From assembly GCA_964188305.1 (NCBI GenBank), contig OZ076895.1: DNA of 64,000 nt, one strand, 5' to 3'. Within the stretch, counting starts at the first letter, position 1, and every line of letters begins with the position of its first letter. Source of the DNA: Podarcis bocagei. Lineage: Eukaryota. The notes below the pieces were generated by a model. The model did not search any database, had not been told where the DNA came from, and was given only the letters and a program-made list of their open reading frames with translations. The translations under genes and the position numbers were made by a program. Positions 48,635 through 62,389 of this stretch are shown piece after piece.

Positions 48635-49399
48635 AGTATTTCTGGGTCAACTGAATAGCATATAGTATTGAGGCAAGAGAACAGTTATGAAAGAAGACTT
48701 AGGGTGCTGCGTGATGTGCCACTAGAGGAGTACAACTAGAAGGGTGAGCTCCTTTGGTGGCTCCTTTGGTGCTTTCAAAGGTGAAGAACCACGGTCAGTT
48801 GAAGAAAAGACTGAGCAATTATTGCGCTCTGCTCTTTTTTCCAAGAAACAGTTTACTGTTGTGATATAATTAACAGAGAGAGTGGGGGGTATTATGCTTG
48901 GACATTGTGCAATACTGAGTGTAGATACTTTTTACTGTAATATTACGTAAGGTGATAGGAGTATAAATAAATTTGAAGAGGGCTTGTGAATTACACAAAC
49001 AGTGGTATAGTTCATTAATGCTCAACTCTAGTGAAAACCATTCAGGGCTTAAGGGTAATTTAATAATGGAGTGGTGGAATGCATAATTAGTTGATAAAAA
49101 TTGTGAATGTTCTAATGCAATTGATGAAGCTTATGTATATAAAATGCACACACACATATATATACATGGATATTGTGTGGCTATGAAGAGAATAATCATG
49201 AATATGTTTTGGAATATTAATACTGAAGCTTTTGAAAAAATAACACAATGCAAACTAATTTGAAAAAAGAAAGGCAGACTCAGAATTTTAAAAATTAAAA
49301 CTTTCCAAGAAAGATTTGAAAATCTAACCAAGGGAAAATAAGTAAGGAATGACAAACAGCAGAGGAAGTACACAGAAAAATCAAGGCAAGTGGAAAAGA

Positions 49400-49860
49400 C
49401 AGAATCTGACTTATCGATGTGATTAGCAAGATCAATGTTACAAAAGACAGATTAGTTAGAAAGTCATAAAGATATTATTGATGATAAAAAGAGTCGTGCT
49501 AGCATTAAGGTCAAAGGTATTAAAGAGAAAGAGAAAGCAAATGATTTAAAGATGTTTCTGTAAGAGTTCTTTGTTACAATCCTAGGAAGAATTGCAGACA
49601 ATGTGGTGATCAAATCAGTATGTAGAATTAACTCAGCCCTTTCACGAAAGAAAAAATTAGATAGAGACATCTTGACAGTCTTTTCTGACATTAATTCAAG
49701 AGCTATAGTAATGAGATCTGTTCAAGAAAACCCCAACATAGAAATTGATGAGGAAATTATCTGCTTTCTGGCAGATTTATTGCATATTATTTTATGGGAA
49801 GTAAAAAATATATCAAAGTATACAAAAGAAGAATATAATTTATAAACTGGGATTTCTTTT
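49400..49860 (+). mobile_element. Decayed L1 ORF1 (RRM region) remnant
   Basis: ..SRASIKVKGIKEKE..IKSVCRINSALSRKKKLDRDILTVF.. resembles the L1 ORF1 NIRIxGIxE and RDIIVxF motifs; internal stops. Confidence 0.6.
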
Positions 49861-52167
49861 TAAGTTAACTTTTAAACTTAGACGAAATAAAATAAATAGT
49901 GTGAGAAAACAGAAATCAGAGTCTGTGAGGCAAAGAAAAATGACTATCTCTTCCCATTGCAGAAGAGCTCAGTTGTGAAATGGCAAGCTCCAGCCCTGCA
50001 TCTCTGGTGTCTATGCAGAGCCTCCAGAGAAGGAGCTTGATATGAGCAAGACCTTCAAGGCACAAAAGAAGCTTCATATGAGCCAGGATTAAGGCAAAAA
50101 AGATATATTAAAAAATAAAGGGAACACTTCACAAAGATCATTGTCTTTTCGTGGAGACCTTTTTGTTCTCCAAGATCCATCATAGTTCCATTAAAAGTTC
50201 AATGTGGAACTTTCAACCCATCTCTAAATAGAACAGCAACAGAGCCAATTCATTTATTTCCTTATGAGATCCTGGAAGACTGCTCAACTAAGGAATGGAG
50301 AACATGAAGCACACACTCAAAGCAGAATGAAAATATATGGAACAAAAAACCAGCCAGGTGTCTGGGGAAAGAAGAACTCACTTTAGCATGGAAACTTCTT
50401 CCTAAATTATATTACTTTTTGTTTGTTTGCTCTGCAGTGCTTTTGGCCCCATGAAATACCCAGCATAAACTATGAGTTTACTTTTTTTTTGACACACTCC
50501 AGAAATGTTTGTGCTCTTAGTGACTAATTTCATTTCCTTAATATGTCACAAGATCCTCTTGGCGAGGGTGACAAATGGCAGTAAAGTTACAATGCAACAA
50601 AATGTGTTAGAGATCATTGGATGTATAACAATCACAAGTCATTATCCAAAACGACATCCAACCATCTTCCCTTAAAAATGCCACCAGAGCTACACCCTGA
50701 CCTAGTGAAGTTGCAGCTAACCCCCCCCCCCCCACTGCATAGTTAAGAACAATGACACAGAACATCTTGGTCCCGTGCACATGTTAAATCTTAGGCTTAC
50801 CTTGGCACTGCCTTCAAACAACTCAATGGCTTTGAACTAGCTCCACTGAAAAGCTATGACTATGAACTGCCACAGCAAGGAGGACCCAATAGAATTATGG
50901 AATTGTCAAGGCAGCAACAGGTGATACAACTCTGAACATTATTTGGTTCCCGTTATTTGGGAATCATAGTTTGTCAAGGGTGCTAAGAATTATTAGGTCA
51001 CCATTGTACTCATGGAGCTACAATTCTTAGAGCTCCCTGGGAAGAGGGATTGACTGTGGAGGAAAACTGGGAAATGTAAGATCTGTGAGGGGAATGGGGG
51101 ATCTCCTCACAACTCTCAGCACCCTTCACAAACTTCAATTGCTAGGAGTCTTTGAGGGAAGTCATGACCATTTATAGTGGGGTCATAATGATCTAAATGT
51201 TTGCTGCAGACGAGACCTATATAAGAAAGACAGAAACAGAGCTTCATGTTGTGTATCTAGCAAATGTGTAGCTAAGCCCTTAGTGCCATGAAGCGATTGA
51301 TGGCAGTATGAAAAAATATCACCTAAACAGTCCATCCTAATCAGCTAAGATCTGAAACCAATTCCTAATGAAATGAAATGAAATGAAGTGCATTGTATTT
51401 TTTCTTTTTTTAAGGAACCTGGAATCCATTTAATGTGTTGGCCCATGCTGGTAAAGAGGTGACATCATTTCTTTTTGAACAACAAAACAGAAAAGAAATA
51501 TAATTTCTTCCTGATGTTAGGTGTAGTAAGCGGTGAAGAAACGGGTTTTCTTCCTTTCACATTAAGCTTCCTCACCCACACAAACAGACCATAGGGTTTT
51601 GTGTGAAGCAGGAAAGCAGAATGTGACCTTATTAGCTTCATCCTGTAGAAGGAGCTTGGGCAGAATGAGTAATAGCACAAGCAAATGTTTCATTAGGATG
51701 TTCCAGGACAAAAACAAAGCCACTGAGCTCTTTGCCATGTTCATAAAACTAGCCCATTAATGAGTTAAGATGCTAGACCATCCAGTTCATCCTAAATTGA
51801 TGTTGGGATGGACCTCTGGTCCAATCCAGGAAGACGCTTTTCATGTTTTTAAAGTTGGGTGTCAGGGACAAGACTGAAGCTTTTTTCTGACATGCTATTT
51901 TTCTACAATCCAATAGGTCTCTTTCATGGGGGAACATGAAAATATTAATCTCTATCCCCTGAAGTGGACAGTCCAGGAAGATAGTTAGGATTTGATTACG
52001 CTGTTTGTATAATTTGTGACAAGGTTTGGTGGGGGGGCTTGAGCTATTTTTTACAGGGGTAGCTAATGTGTTGCCCTCCACATGTTTTTGGACTTCAGTT
52101 CTCATCAGCTGCAGCCAGCATGATTAGTGGTCAGAGATGGTGGGCTGGAGTCTGACAAAAATAATTA

Positions 52168-53531
52168 CCCAAATAATTACCGCCCAGTCAGTCTGACATC
52201 AATACCAGGGAAGATTCTGGAGCAGATCATTAAGCAAACAGTCTGTGAGCACCTAGAAAGGAATGCTGTGATCACCAATAGTCAGCATGGATTTCTGAAA
52301 AATAAGTCATGTCAGACTAACCTGATCTCGTTTTTTGACAGAATTACAAGCCTGGTAGATGAAGGGAACGCAGTGGATGTAGCCTACCTTGATTTCAGCA
52401 AGGCATTTGACAAGGTGCCCCATGATATTCTTGTAAAGAAGCTGGTAAAATGAGGTCTTGACTATGCTACCACTCAGTGGATTTGTAACTGGCTGACTGA
52501 CCAAACCCAAAGGGTGCTCATCAATGGTTCCTCTTCATCCTGGAGAAGAGTGACTAGTGGGGTGCCACAGGGTTCTGTCTTGGGCCCGGTCTTATTCAAC
52601 ATCTTTATCAACGACTTAGATGATGGACTCAAGGGCATCCTGATCAAATTTGCAGATGACACCAAACTGGGAGGGGTGGCTAACACTCCAGAGGACAGGA
52701 TCACACTTCAAAATGACCTTGACAGATTAGAGAACTGGGCCAAAACAAACAAGATGAACTTTAACAGGGAGAAATGTAAAGTATTGCACTTGGGCAAAAA
52801 AAATGAGAGGCACAAATACAAGATGGGTGCCACCTGGCTTGAGAGCAGTACATGTGAAAAGGATCTAGGAGTCTTGGTTGACCACAAACTTGACATGAGC
52901 CAACAGTGTGACGCGGCAGCTAAAAAAGCCAATGCAATTCTGGGCTGCATCAATAGGAGTATAGCATATAGATCAAGGGAAGTAATAGTGCCACTGTATT
53001 CTGCTCTGGTCAGACCTCACCTGGAGTACTGTGTCCAGTTCTGGGCACCACAATTCAAGAAGGACACTGACAAACTGGAACGTGTCCAGAGGAGGGCAAC
53101 CAAAATGGTCAAAGGCCTGGAAACGATGCCTTATGAGGAACGGCTAAGGGAGCTGGGCATGTTTAGCCTGGAGAAGAGGAGGTTAAGGGGTGATATGATA
53201 GCCATGTTCAAATATATAAAAGGATGTCACATAGAGGAGGGAGAAAGGTTGTTTTCTGCTGCTCCAGAGAAGCGGACACGGAGCAATGGATCCAAACTAC
53301 AAGAAAGAAGATTCCACCTAAACATTAGGAAGAACTTCCTGACAGTAAGAGCTGTTCGACAGTGGAATTTGCTGCCAAGGAGTGTGGTGGAGTCTCCTAC
53401 TTTGGAGGTCTTTAAGCAGAGGCTTGACAACCATATGTCAGGAGTGCTCTGATGGTGTTTCCTGCTTGGCAGGGGGTTGGACTCGATGGCCCTTGTGGTC
53501 TCATCCAACTCTACGATTCTATGATTCTATG
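52168..53531 (+). mobile_element. Young 5'-truncated CR1 LINE
   Basis: Nearly identical to the 47 kb copy; single nonsense TGC>TGA at 52451-52453; (ATTCTATG)2 tail. Confidence 0.95.
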
Positions 53532-56500
53532 AACAGTGAGAGGCTACCATGTTGGTTATCCCAGTTTCCTTAATACTTAGGTACAGCTCTTGTACATAAT
53601 TTGTATTATAGATGTACATGCTGCTTTCTGGCACTTGTGACCTCACAGCACTTTATAGATAACAATCAAACAATATCAATACAAAACACAATCAAAGCAT
53701 CAGTGATAAAACGATTGCATTCAATTCCACAGTGCAAAGGGAGAGTAAAGGCTAAAATGATTGACACGTGGCCATCAGAAGCTTTAGAAAAGAGAGGTAA
53801 CTTTATCATGTGATAAAACCCCATCAAAGTTGCAGCCATCCATGCCCCTCAGCCGTCCATGCTCTATAACAGGGGGTGGGGGGCCAGTACAAGAAAGGCC
53901 CTCCTCCAGGTCCCCACACGATGGGCTTCAGCTCTTGGTGGGGCTGTAAGCACCTCAGGGTTTGGGCTGCTTAGAATGGGAAGGGGTGACATGTGGAGAA
54001 GTGTTGGCCATGTGGCAGGATTTTTCTTTCTTTCACTTCAGCAGTGGTGGTGGCAGTTGTGGCCACACCAGTGGCATTCAAGCCAACCAGTGCCAGCTGG
54101 CCCCCACCATTTAACACACACTGTTCTCCCCCCCCCACACACACACCTAGTGCAATGATGTGATGTTGGTTGAGAGGAATTGGGGTGCACGGCCGATGCC
54201 ATCCAGCCCTCCTTGGCTAGAACACTGTTTCAGCAGTAGAAGGAGTGAGGAGAGACATCCTAACCCTGTTATACTTTCACCATGATAATGAAAAGGGGGG
54301 TCAACTGGGGGTTGCTGGCCGAAACAAATCACCTTCCGGGAACAGGGTGGGCATTAGTCATTGGGCCTACCAGGGTACTAGGCTCTGGCAAAGGCCTGAG
54401 GTTGCCCCCTTTCACACCCCTGCCTTTGAGCCCCTTCTTCTGTAGGAACTGCCTTTGGCAAATGCTTTCACCCATGTTTAAAAAGCCATGCTGATGACCT
54501 GGCTGCTGTTTTTCAATCAGGTGGATGAGACGCTCCCTGCCTCCACTGGGCTGGTCTTCTTTAGCTTGTCTGTACAGAGATCTATCCCAATGGTTAGATC
54601 TGCTCCTCTACTATTTCTCTCAGCTATCTGAAGCATTCCCCTCACCCCCACTCCCCTGCTCACCCCTCCCCTTGATCACAGGAAAAATCCTAGACAAAAG
54701 AGATGACAGCTATAAAAAGTACAGATTGCTGTAACTTTTGGATGACAAATACGATGATGGAACAGGGGGGATTTCCAACAAAAATAAACCACATGTCAAC
54801 TTGCAGCTATGATTTCAGCCCCTCTCTCGGCAAAGGAAAGCATGCCTCAGTTATAGATCATGGCGTAAACACTGGGCTACTTTTCTCCAAGCCATCGGTA
54901 GAGAAACAAACAGAAATATAAGAGCTAAAGCTAAGGAAAAGAATAAACAGAAGACAGTGCCAAGAGCAGGTCACCACATGCCTCTTTCCATTGTACCTCC
55001 CTGAAAGGAACAAACCAACATGTCTCCATGCCCTCGGCAAGGCTTAATTTGTTTACACCAACACTATAGATCTTCAGATTAGATTTTGCTTGGCTGCTCT
55101 GGCTCTTTTGCTACCACAATTGAGGCCACAATTGAGAGTTAGCATTCAACCGTGGTCTTTGTCACATCCAGAAATCCTTCCCCGTTTCAAGTACACTCAC
55201 TGTTGGATCCATGCCAAAGTAGATGGAGGAATAAAACCTGGATGAAATGAACCAATTTATTATACAGAGATCAAGAGGGGATAAGAAGTTTGAAAACTGG
55301 CCCTTGTTACCCGGAAAGCTAGCTTGTAAGCAAAGATTTAGAGCCCTGTCCCTGCAGATAAGAACCGGTACATAAGGATTAAACTAGCATTGCTGGTTTC
55401 ACATGATTGCTAAATTAGAAAGTTAGCTTTCTTGAGAAGTATTTGAATGTTACATCAGATGGCAAGTGCCCATAATTTGATACAATGAATACAAGCCTGC
55501 AAAACAATTAATGTACTTTCCATTACCAAATTAACCAGAGCCAAGACGTGGTAAATAACAGCATGTTATGGATTGACATTGATCAAGAGTGATGTAGTGG
55601 TTTAAGTGTTGGACTATGACCTGGGAGGCTCAAATCCCCACGAAACCATGAAGCTGATTCAGTGATATTGAGACGGCCACTCAAATGAGGAGATCCATGG
55701 ACACCATCTTATGCTCCTTGGAAGAAAGCTGAGTTATAAATCATAAAGCAAAATAAATAGTGGATCCATATTTTGTCAGTGTTTTCAAAAGAGATGTTTT
55801 TTAAAAGGAGCATATTGGGGCAGAAGCGAACGTAAGACAAGCCTGCTGGATCTAGCCAATGGCCCATTTAGTCCAGCGTCCTGTTCTCACAGGTGCCTAT
55901 GGGAAGCCAAAATCTCTCTCATTCTTTTTAAACCCACCCACGTTGGTGGGCCATCACTGCCTCCTGAGGGCGCAAGGTCCTCCGCCAGTTGTGAGGGGAA
56001 GAGATTGAAAGCTTCCATTTTCAGCTTTGAATGAACCATCGCTTTCTGCTAGATCTGAACTTTGTGGTTTATTCTAACTTTCTAAGCAAAGTTTATTCTG
56101 AACCAATAGGAAGCTTTGGGGTTATTCTCCTTGTGCACAAAGGAATAGGAAAGAAGAGAGGGAAGTGGTCGAGGCTTCCCAACATCACGCTAAACTATCT
56201 TTTCATAGTCTGTCTGAATGTTCTTATATCATTCCACACATCATTACATGTGGCGATCTATATTCAGGTCACTTTCTTTATTTTTTCACATGGATATTTG
56301 AAGTATTTCTCACTAGCTAACAAAAGAGGCCTTGAGATTCATGGTTGGTGGAGTACCATGATCCTAAAGAAAAGCTCACATCATTCTACACGTTTGTGTG
56401 TGAGAGCTGAATAAGTGAAGTGGGGAGGCTATTAGGGGAGGGGGGAGCAGAAAGCCCTCGACACTCCTCTAATTCCAGCAAAATAAATGTGTCAATGAGA

Positions 56501-59500
56501 AAGAAAACAGGGTTTTCAAAGGCATTCCCCAGAAGCAATAAATAAGCACTCTCAGGCTGGTGCCTCAAAAAAAGGGGGGAAGAGAAGAAAACCCTTATGC
56601 TTTAGAAATATAAATGCAGTTAAGGTCCACATTATCATGGCTCAGTTTTCTTTAGATGATTAATTCTGTTAACAGTTTTAGGCATCCACCACTTTTGCCC
56701 ATATGCCCGCTTACTCATAGTGCTTTCCAGGAAGGTAGATGATTTAGATATACTTTTACATTTTAAGAGATGTTGTTTGGAATTTGAGATGCTCTATTGG
56801 TCCTTTAAAATCAACAACACACAACTAGCTCCCTCCTTCTTATTTGGATTACTCATGTTCTTTTTCTAGCCCCATTTTAGATACTCCTAAATATTTACAT
56901 TGCGAATAGGATTGTGTACAAGCAGAGCATGCAGAAGGGAATGCCTCCATCCCAGAGTTCCTCGAGTTTTCTTTAATGATACTTGAATCCGTGGTGCTAT
57001 GAGTGGAGTCATCAGGTGGACCGGGTTTAGGAAGCCTTCAGTTATACAAAACTTAAGTCTTCACAGTACTCCACAACAATTAGTCAATTTGCCTCCAGTG
57101 GGGATGTGTGGCTCATATCATTGGGAAGTGCTGGTTGAGTCCAGCACAGTGCAGCCGGCTGAAGGGGCAGGGCTGCAAGGTGAAAGAACTTACTAGAATG
57201 TCCTTAGATAGGAAGGGGGGATAAATTCAGTTTAGTTTGGAATTTAATGTGAACCTACCAAATTCTTGCTTTCTGAACTTTAAAACACAGGTATTCCTCC
57301 AAATATGTACAAAAGTGCATCTGCTGGGGGAGAGTGTAGCTAAAATTCATATATTCTTGGAAATAGCATATGATGATGAATTTTTGCGAGGACTTCTCTT
57401 TAAGAAGAATCAGAAACTGATTGGGAAAATGAGAAACTGAAAGGAACTGAAAGGGGCAGATTCACCCATCCTGCCTTTAGGGATTTCCCTGTGCACACAA
57501 TGGGACAGGGTACACTGCTTCCCAGGGAAGCAGATCCACAGAAACCATTCGCGGGGTAAATGTAAATATCCTTTTTTTGTAAATAACAGCTTAGTAATAA
57601 TTCACAAGTAGGAACAGAACCAAAGTTTCAGTTTAGAACTTCACTGGATCCTTGAAACCTCGTCCTGGATGAGTCGCCTTTCTTGTGTGGTAACTTGCTT
57701 TTCCTAAAACCCTATGGGGTAATGAGGAGAATAATGATGAATGTATTGACGGATGGCTTCCTGTTCTAAATGACTTTACGAACCTTCTGGGATTCCCTCC
57801 CCCTCCCTTTTTGTACATCTGGTAGATTGTGATTAATGCAGGATAATCAAATTAGAAATCATTCAGACAGCAAAAGGTCTAGTGACCACAGCATGGTCCA
57901 CTGCTTACAATGAGATTAGAAGCCTGCATGTGTAAATCACAACCAATTCTAATAAAGTCCAGATGTATGAATCCAGATAGGTCATTTTGAGGAAGATGTT
58001 AGAAAAGATTAGCAAATAACCAAGTGGCTAAAAATAATGAAATATGATCTATCTTGGACTGAAAATAACTAGTCAAGGTTGTACAAATTAGGAATAATCT
58101 CAAATTGGACAATAAAAGTTTTCGGCTCATTAAAAAAGCAATAGAACATTGCTCTCCAAACACTTAGCAAAAACCCTACAATTATTCACTGTGCTATTCA
58201 AACAATGACTGTCACAAATTGTGTGAAAGCTACAGGTGTAAAAAGCCTTCATATCTTCATTTTATTAGTCTGGATCAAATCCATAAGGGGCATGTGTGTA
58301 TTTCTAATCTCTAGAAAATCCATGCTGCAGTCAGAACTTTTATGCTTGGGGAGGCGATGTAGCCCAGTTACTAAGGCCAAACAATGTTACATTAAATGTC
58401 CAGTTGTATTTAATGTTTGCTTGCTTTATTTAGAAGGTTTTTTTTTTGGGGGGGACAAATCTAGCAGCAGATCAGCATTGGCCTACATGGAGGTGGAATA
58501 GTCCTTTCCCCGATGTTGTAGTCCTGACAAAAAATCACTGCCTGAGATGGAAGTTTCTGTTGAACTTTAAGGGTTCAGCTCACCTGCTTAAATGTGATCT
58601 AGTTGCTCCTGTTTCATTTGACTCTTTCGCACAGCTCTAGATGTTGCTCTGCACAGGTTCCCAAACCCAGCAGGAATGGGGGACATTTTTCCAGCCTAGG
58701 GGCCACATTGCCTTCTAGGCAATCTTTTGGGGGCCACTTGCCAGTGGGGGGTGACGGTGGGAGGCAAAAGTTGACAGAGCAGAAAATGACAACTTTCACC
58801 TTTGGTCAGTAGTCTTCTTCCTTCCCACTCACACGGCCCTCTATTCCAGTCAGGCAAAAAAGCCAAGGAGGGGGCCAAGCAGGGCCAGTTAGGGCTGTGC
58901 CCGGGGCCATTTTGAGAGGGCTGCATTTGGCCCCAAGCCTGAGGTTTCTTATCCCTGTTGTACAGAGACCACAAAGAAGAAGAATTAGGGAGAAATCTGA
59001 AACTGCTATCAATGAAAACAAAATGTTATTATTAGGTTCAGCCAACTCTAGCCCCAAAGTTGAAGCTTCAACTCTCATTTAACTTTCTTTACTCTTTGGC
59101 TCACAATTAGCAAGGGAGAGTCTCTTTATTTCAAGACTCATTCATGCATGTAAGTAGGCACGGGCTCAACAACCAGAACACTGGGAGGCCAACATCCAGC
59201 CTTCCTCTGCTTTAAATTTAATAAAAATCTCCTTATAAATAGTAAGTGAAGCCTTGTGAATATTTGATGTCCCTAAAGTTATTGCAGTCCATTCCACAAT
59301 CCTATTGATTATACATCTGGAGAAGTTGTATTTCTGGCCAACAGGAGTTGTAATGATGTAGTGAATATGATTTTAAACAATTCAATGAGTGATAGATATG
59401 CATACCGAAAGGTACAAATCTGTTTGCCTTCCACCCACCCAAAGAAGTTGACCCAAAGAGTGAAATATGCAGGAATGAAAGACAAACAGAATGAACCATG

Positions 59501-60135
59501 GAAGGAGAAAGAGGGAAGTCGCTGGATATTTAACAGTATGTAAAATGTTTATTCTGAGATGTATAATTGAAAACTTAATAAACATTATTATAAGCAAAAA
59601 ACAAAGAGGTGACTGTCCTATATTGCTGCAGCCATTATTGCATGAAAAAGCATGAAAAATAAAAAACACAATCAGGACTTGTTTTGCAACAGTCCTCACC
59701 AGTATGGTGAACTCTGATCGTGCTTCTTGCTTGTCTGCACAGAGGACAGAGATGGGTCTGTGAGTGTGAGCAGGAACTAGCCAACTGGATGCAGGTAACA
59801 TGTTCATTGGTTATGGAGCCCACTTTTTCCTCTGGCTACCTCCACAACTCACATGTGGCCTTCAGAAGATTTTCCATCCCTGCTATGGATAAATGAATGC
59901 AAGGGGCCACTCTCTTTGCCAGCCCCTGTTTTGAGTAAAAAGCAATGTACTAAAAAAAAAAAGAAACAGAGCAGGCTGGTAGAGTAAGCACTGAGTACTC
60001 CCTACCTCCTACCCCTTGGGAGGGATCCACACTGTACATTGAAGGCACTCTTATATCACCTCAACAGTCATGGAGAATCCTGGGGACTGCAATTTGTTAA
60101 GGGTGCTAGCAGAGAGCCACGGTGAATCAGGGAAG

Positions 60136-61124
60136 AATCATAGAATCATAGAATCATAGAGTTGGAATAGACCACAAGGGCCATCGAGTCCAACCCCCTG
60201 CCAAGCAGGAAACACCATCAGAGCACTCCTGACATATGGTTGTCAAGCCTCTGCTTAAAGACCTCCAAAGTAGGAGACTCCACCACACTCCTTGGCAGCA
60301 AATTCCACTGTCAAACAGCTCTTACTGTCAGGATGTTCTTCCTAATGTTTAGGTGGAATCTTCTTTCTTGTAGTTTGGATCCATTGCTCCGTGTCCGCTT
60401 CTCTGGGGCAGCAGAAAACAACCTTTCTCCCTCCTCTATGTGACATCCTTTTATATATTTGAACATGGCTATCATATCACCCCTTAACCTCCTCTTCTCC
60501 AGGCTAAACATGCCCAGCTCCCTTAGCCGTTCCTCATAAGGCATCGTTTCCAGGCCTTTGACCATTTTGGTTGCCCTCCTCTGGACACGTTCCAGTTTGT
60601 CAGTGTCCTTCTTGAACTGTGGTGCCCAGAACTGGACACAGTACTCCAGGTGAGGTCTGACCAGAGCAGAATACAGTGGCACTATTACTTCCCTTGATCT
60701 AGATGCTATACTCCTATTGATGCAGCCCAGGATTGCATTGGCTTTTTTAGCTGCCGCGTCACACTGTTGGCTCATGTCAAGTTTGTGGTCAACCAAGACT
60801 CCTAGATCCTTTTCACATGTACTGCTCTCAAGCCAGGTGTCACCCATCTTGTATTTGTGCCTCTCATTTTTTTTGCCCAAGTGCAATACTTTATATTTCT
60901 CCATTAAAATTCATCTTGTTTGTTTTTGCCCAGTTCTCTAATCTGTCAAGGTCGTTTTGAAGTGTGATCCTGTCCTCTGGGGTGTTAGCCACCCCTCCCA
61001 GTTTGGTGTCATCTGCAAATTTGATCAGGATGCCCTTGAGTCCATCATCCAAGTCGTTGATAAAGATGTAGAATAAGACCAGGCCCAAGACAGAACCCTG
61101 TGGCACCCCACTAGTCACTCTTCT
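60136..61124 (-). mobile_element. Young 5'-truncated CR1 LINE
   Basis: Same family; (ATTCTATG)3 tail; small deletion/frameshift near 60900. Confidence 0.95.
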
Positions 61125-61403
61125 AAGATTTAAGTCTGTTTTAGGTGTTGATAATGAAGGCCTTTCTGCCCATTTCAGCATTAATCTTCCTTCAAAGAAA
61201 AAAATCCACATTCAAATTTCACTCAACATACATAATTCTACAATGCATTTTGATAAGTTATTTGAGCCAAGAACTGGCCCATTGAGGAAGTGTGAAAGCA
61301 GGTGGAGAATGAAGACCCCAACCACACATTAGGCCAGCAGCTGTGGCTCAGATCAACTGATGCTGAAATTCACAAAGCTCAAGTTCTTCAAGTATCCCAT
61401 TCC

Positions 61404-61580
61404 TAAGAACATAAGAGGAGGCTTCTGGATCAGGCCAATGGCCCATCTAGTCCAGCACCCTGTTCTCAAGGTGGCCAATCAGATGCCCATGGGAAACCTG
61501 GAAGCAGGATTCGAGCACCACAGCATTCTCCCCTCCTGTGGTTTCCAGCACAGAAAGGTTGCTGCCTCCCACTGTGGTTC
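61404..61580 (-). mobile_element. Old CR1-type 3' end
   Basis: TAAGAACATAAGA tail and GGCCCATCTAGTCCAGC motif; related piece near 55830-55910. Confidence 0.6.
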
Positions 61581-62389
61581 CTACCAGGACGCTGTTTCTT
61601 TTCCAAAGCGAAGCAGCCTTGCGATTCTGTAATAAGTCAAATATTGGCTTTGAGTACAAATACCTCCCCCCAAAAAACTTCTTTGAAACCTGTCAGGTGA
61701 GCTTATTTTTTATGTCCACTGAAACCAAAGGAAAGGACATGAGATATCTAAGAAAAACAAAAGATATCCCATAAACATTTCACTGTTCTTTTCATTCCCA
61801 GCCTAAGGATATTTCCCAGTTAGCACTCTAGAGAAATACACTAGACCAATAAAAAGAAATAAAGTTAATGTATTAATTTATAGCTTCTGTCTAACTCATT
61901 TCTACGCATCAGGTATTTTCAATAGCCCCAAATGACAAGAAAGTAAGTAACTCACATGATATACTGCAAAGTCCGGGATCAAAGCAACACCCCCTTAGCA
62001 TGAATGCGCAGCTCGCTGAGAATTAACTAGATGGCTGCATAATGGTAGCCAGCATGATTTAGAAGGCTGCTGGAGAGCAACAATACAAATTGTGTAAAGA
62101 AATGCAAATATACAATTAAAACACAGCTGGCTATTGAGCTTTGGGTGGCAGTTTTGAATAGGATCAAGCGACTTTTATTTCTCCAACCACCATTTCAAAG
62201 ATATAACCCCACATACACTGAGTAACAGAGGAAAGAACAAGAAGATTCTCAGTACGGGGTTGCCAAGAAGGGCAGGTCTGTGTCCCGCTCTTACTTGCCA
62301 CATAACCTACCTGTGTTATGATATCACCACACTTTGCTTCTCCATTCCCAACCCACATCATTACCTACTCCAACGTGGGTATTTGTTTT

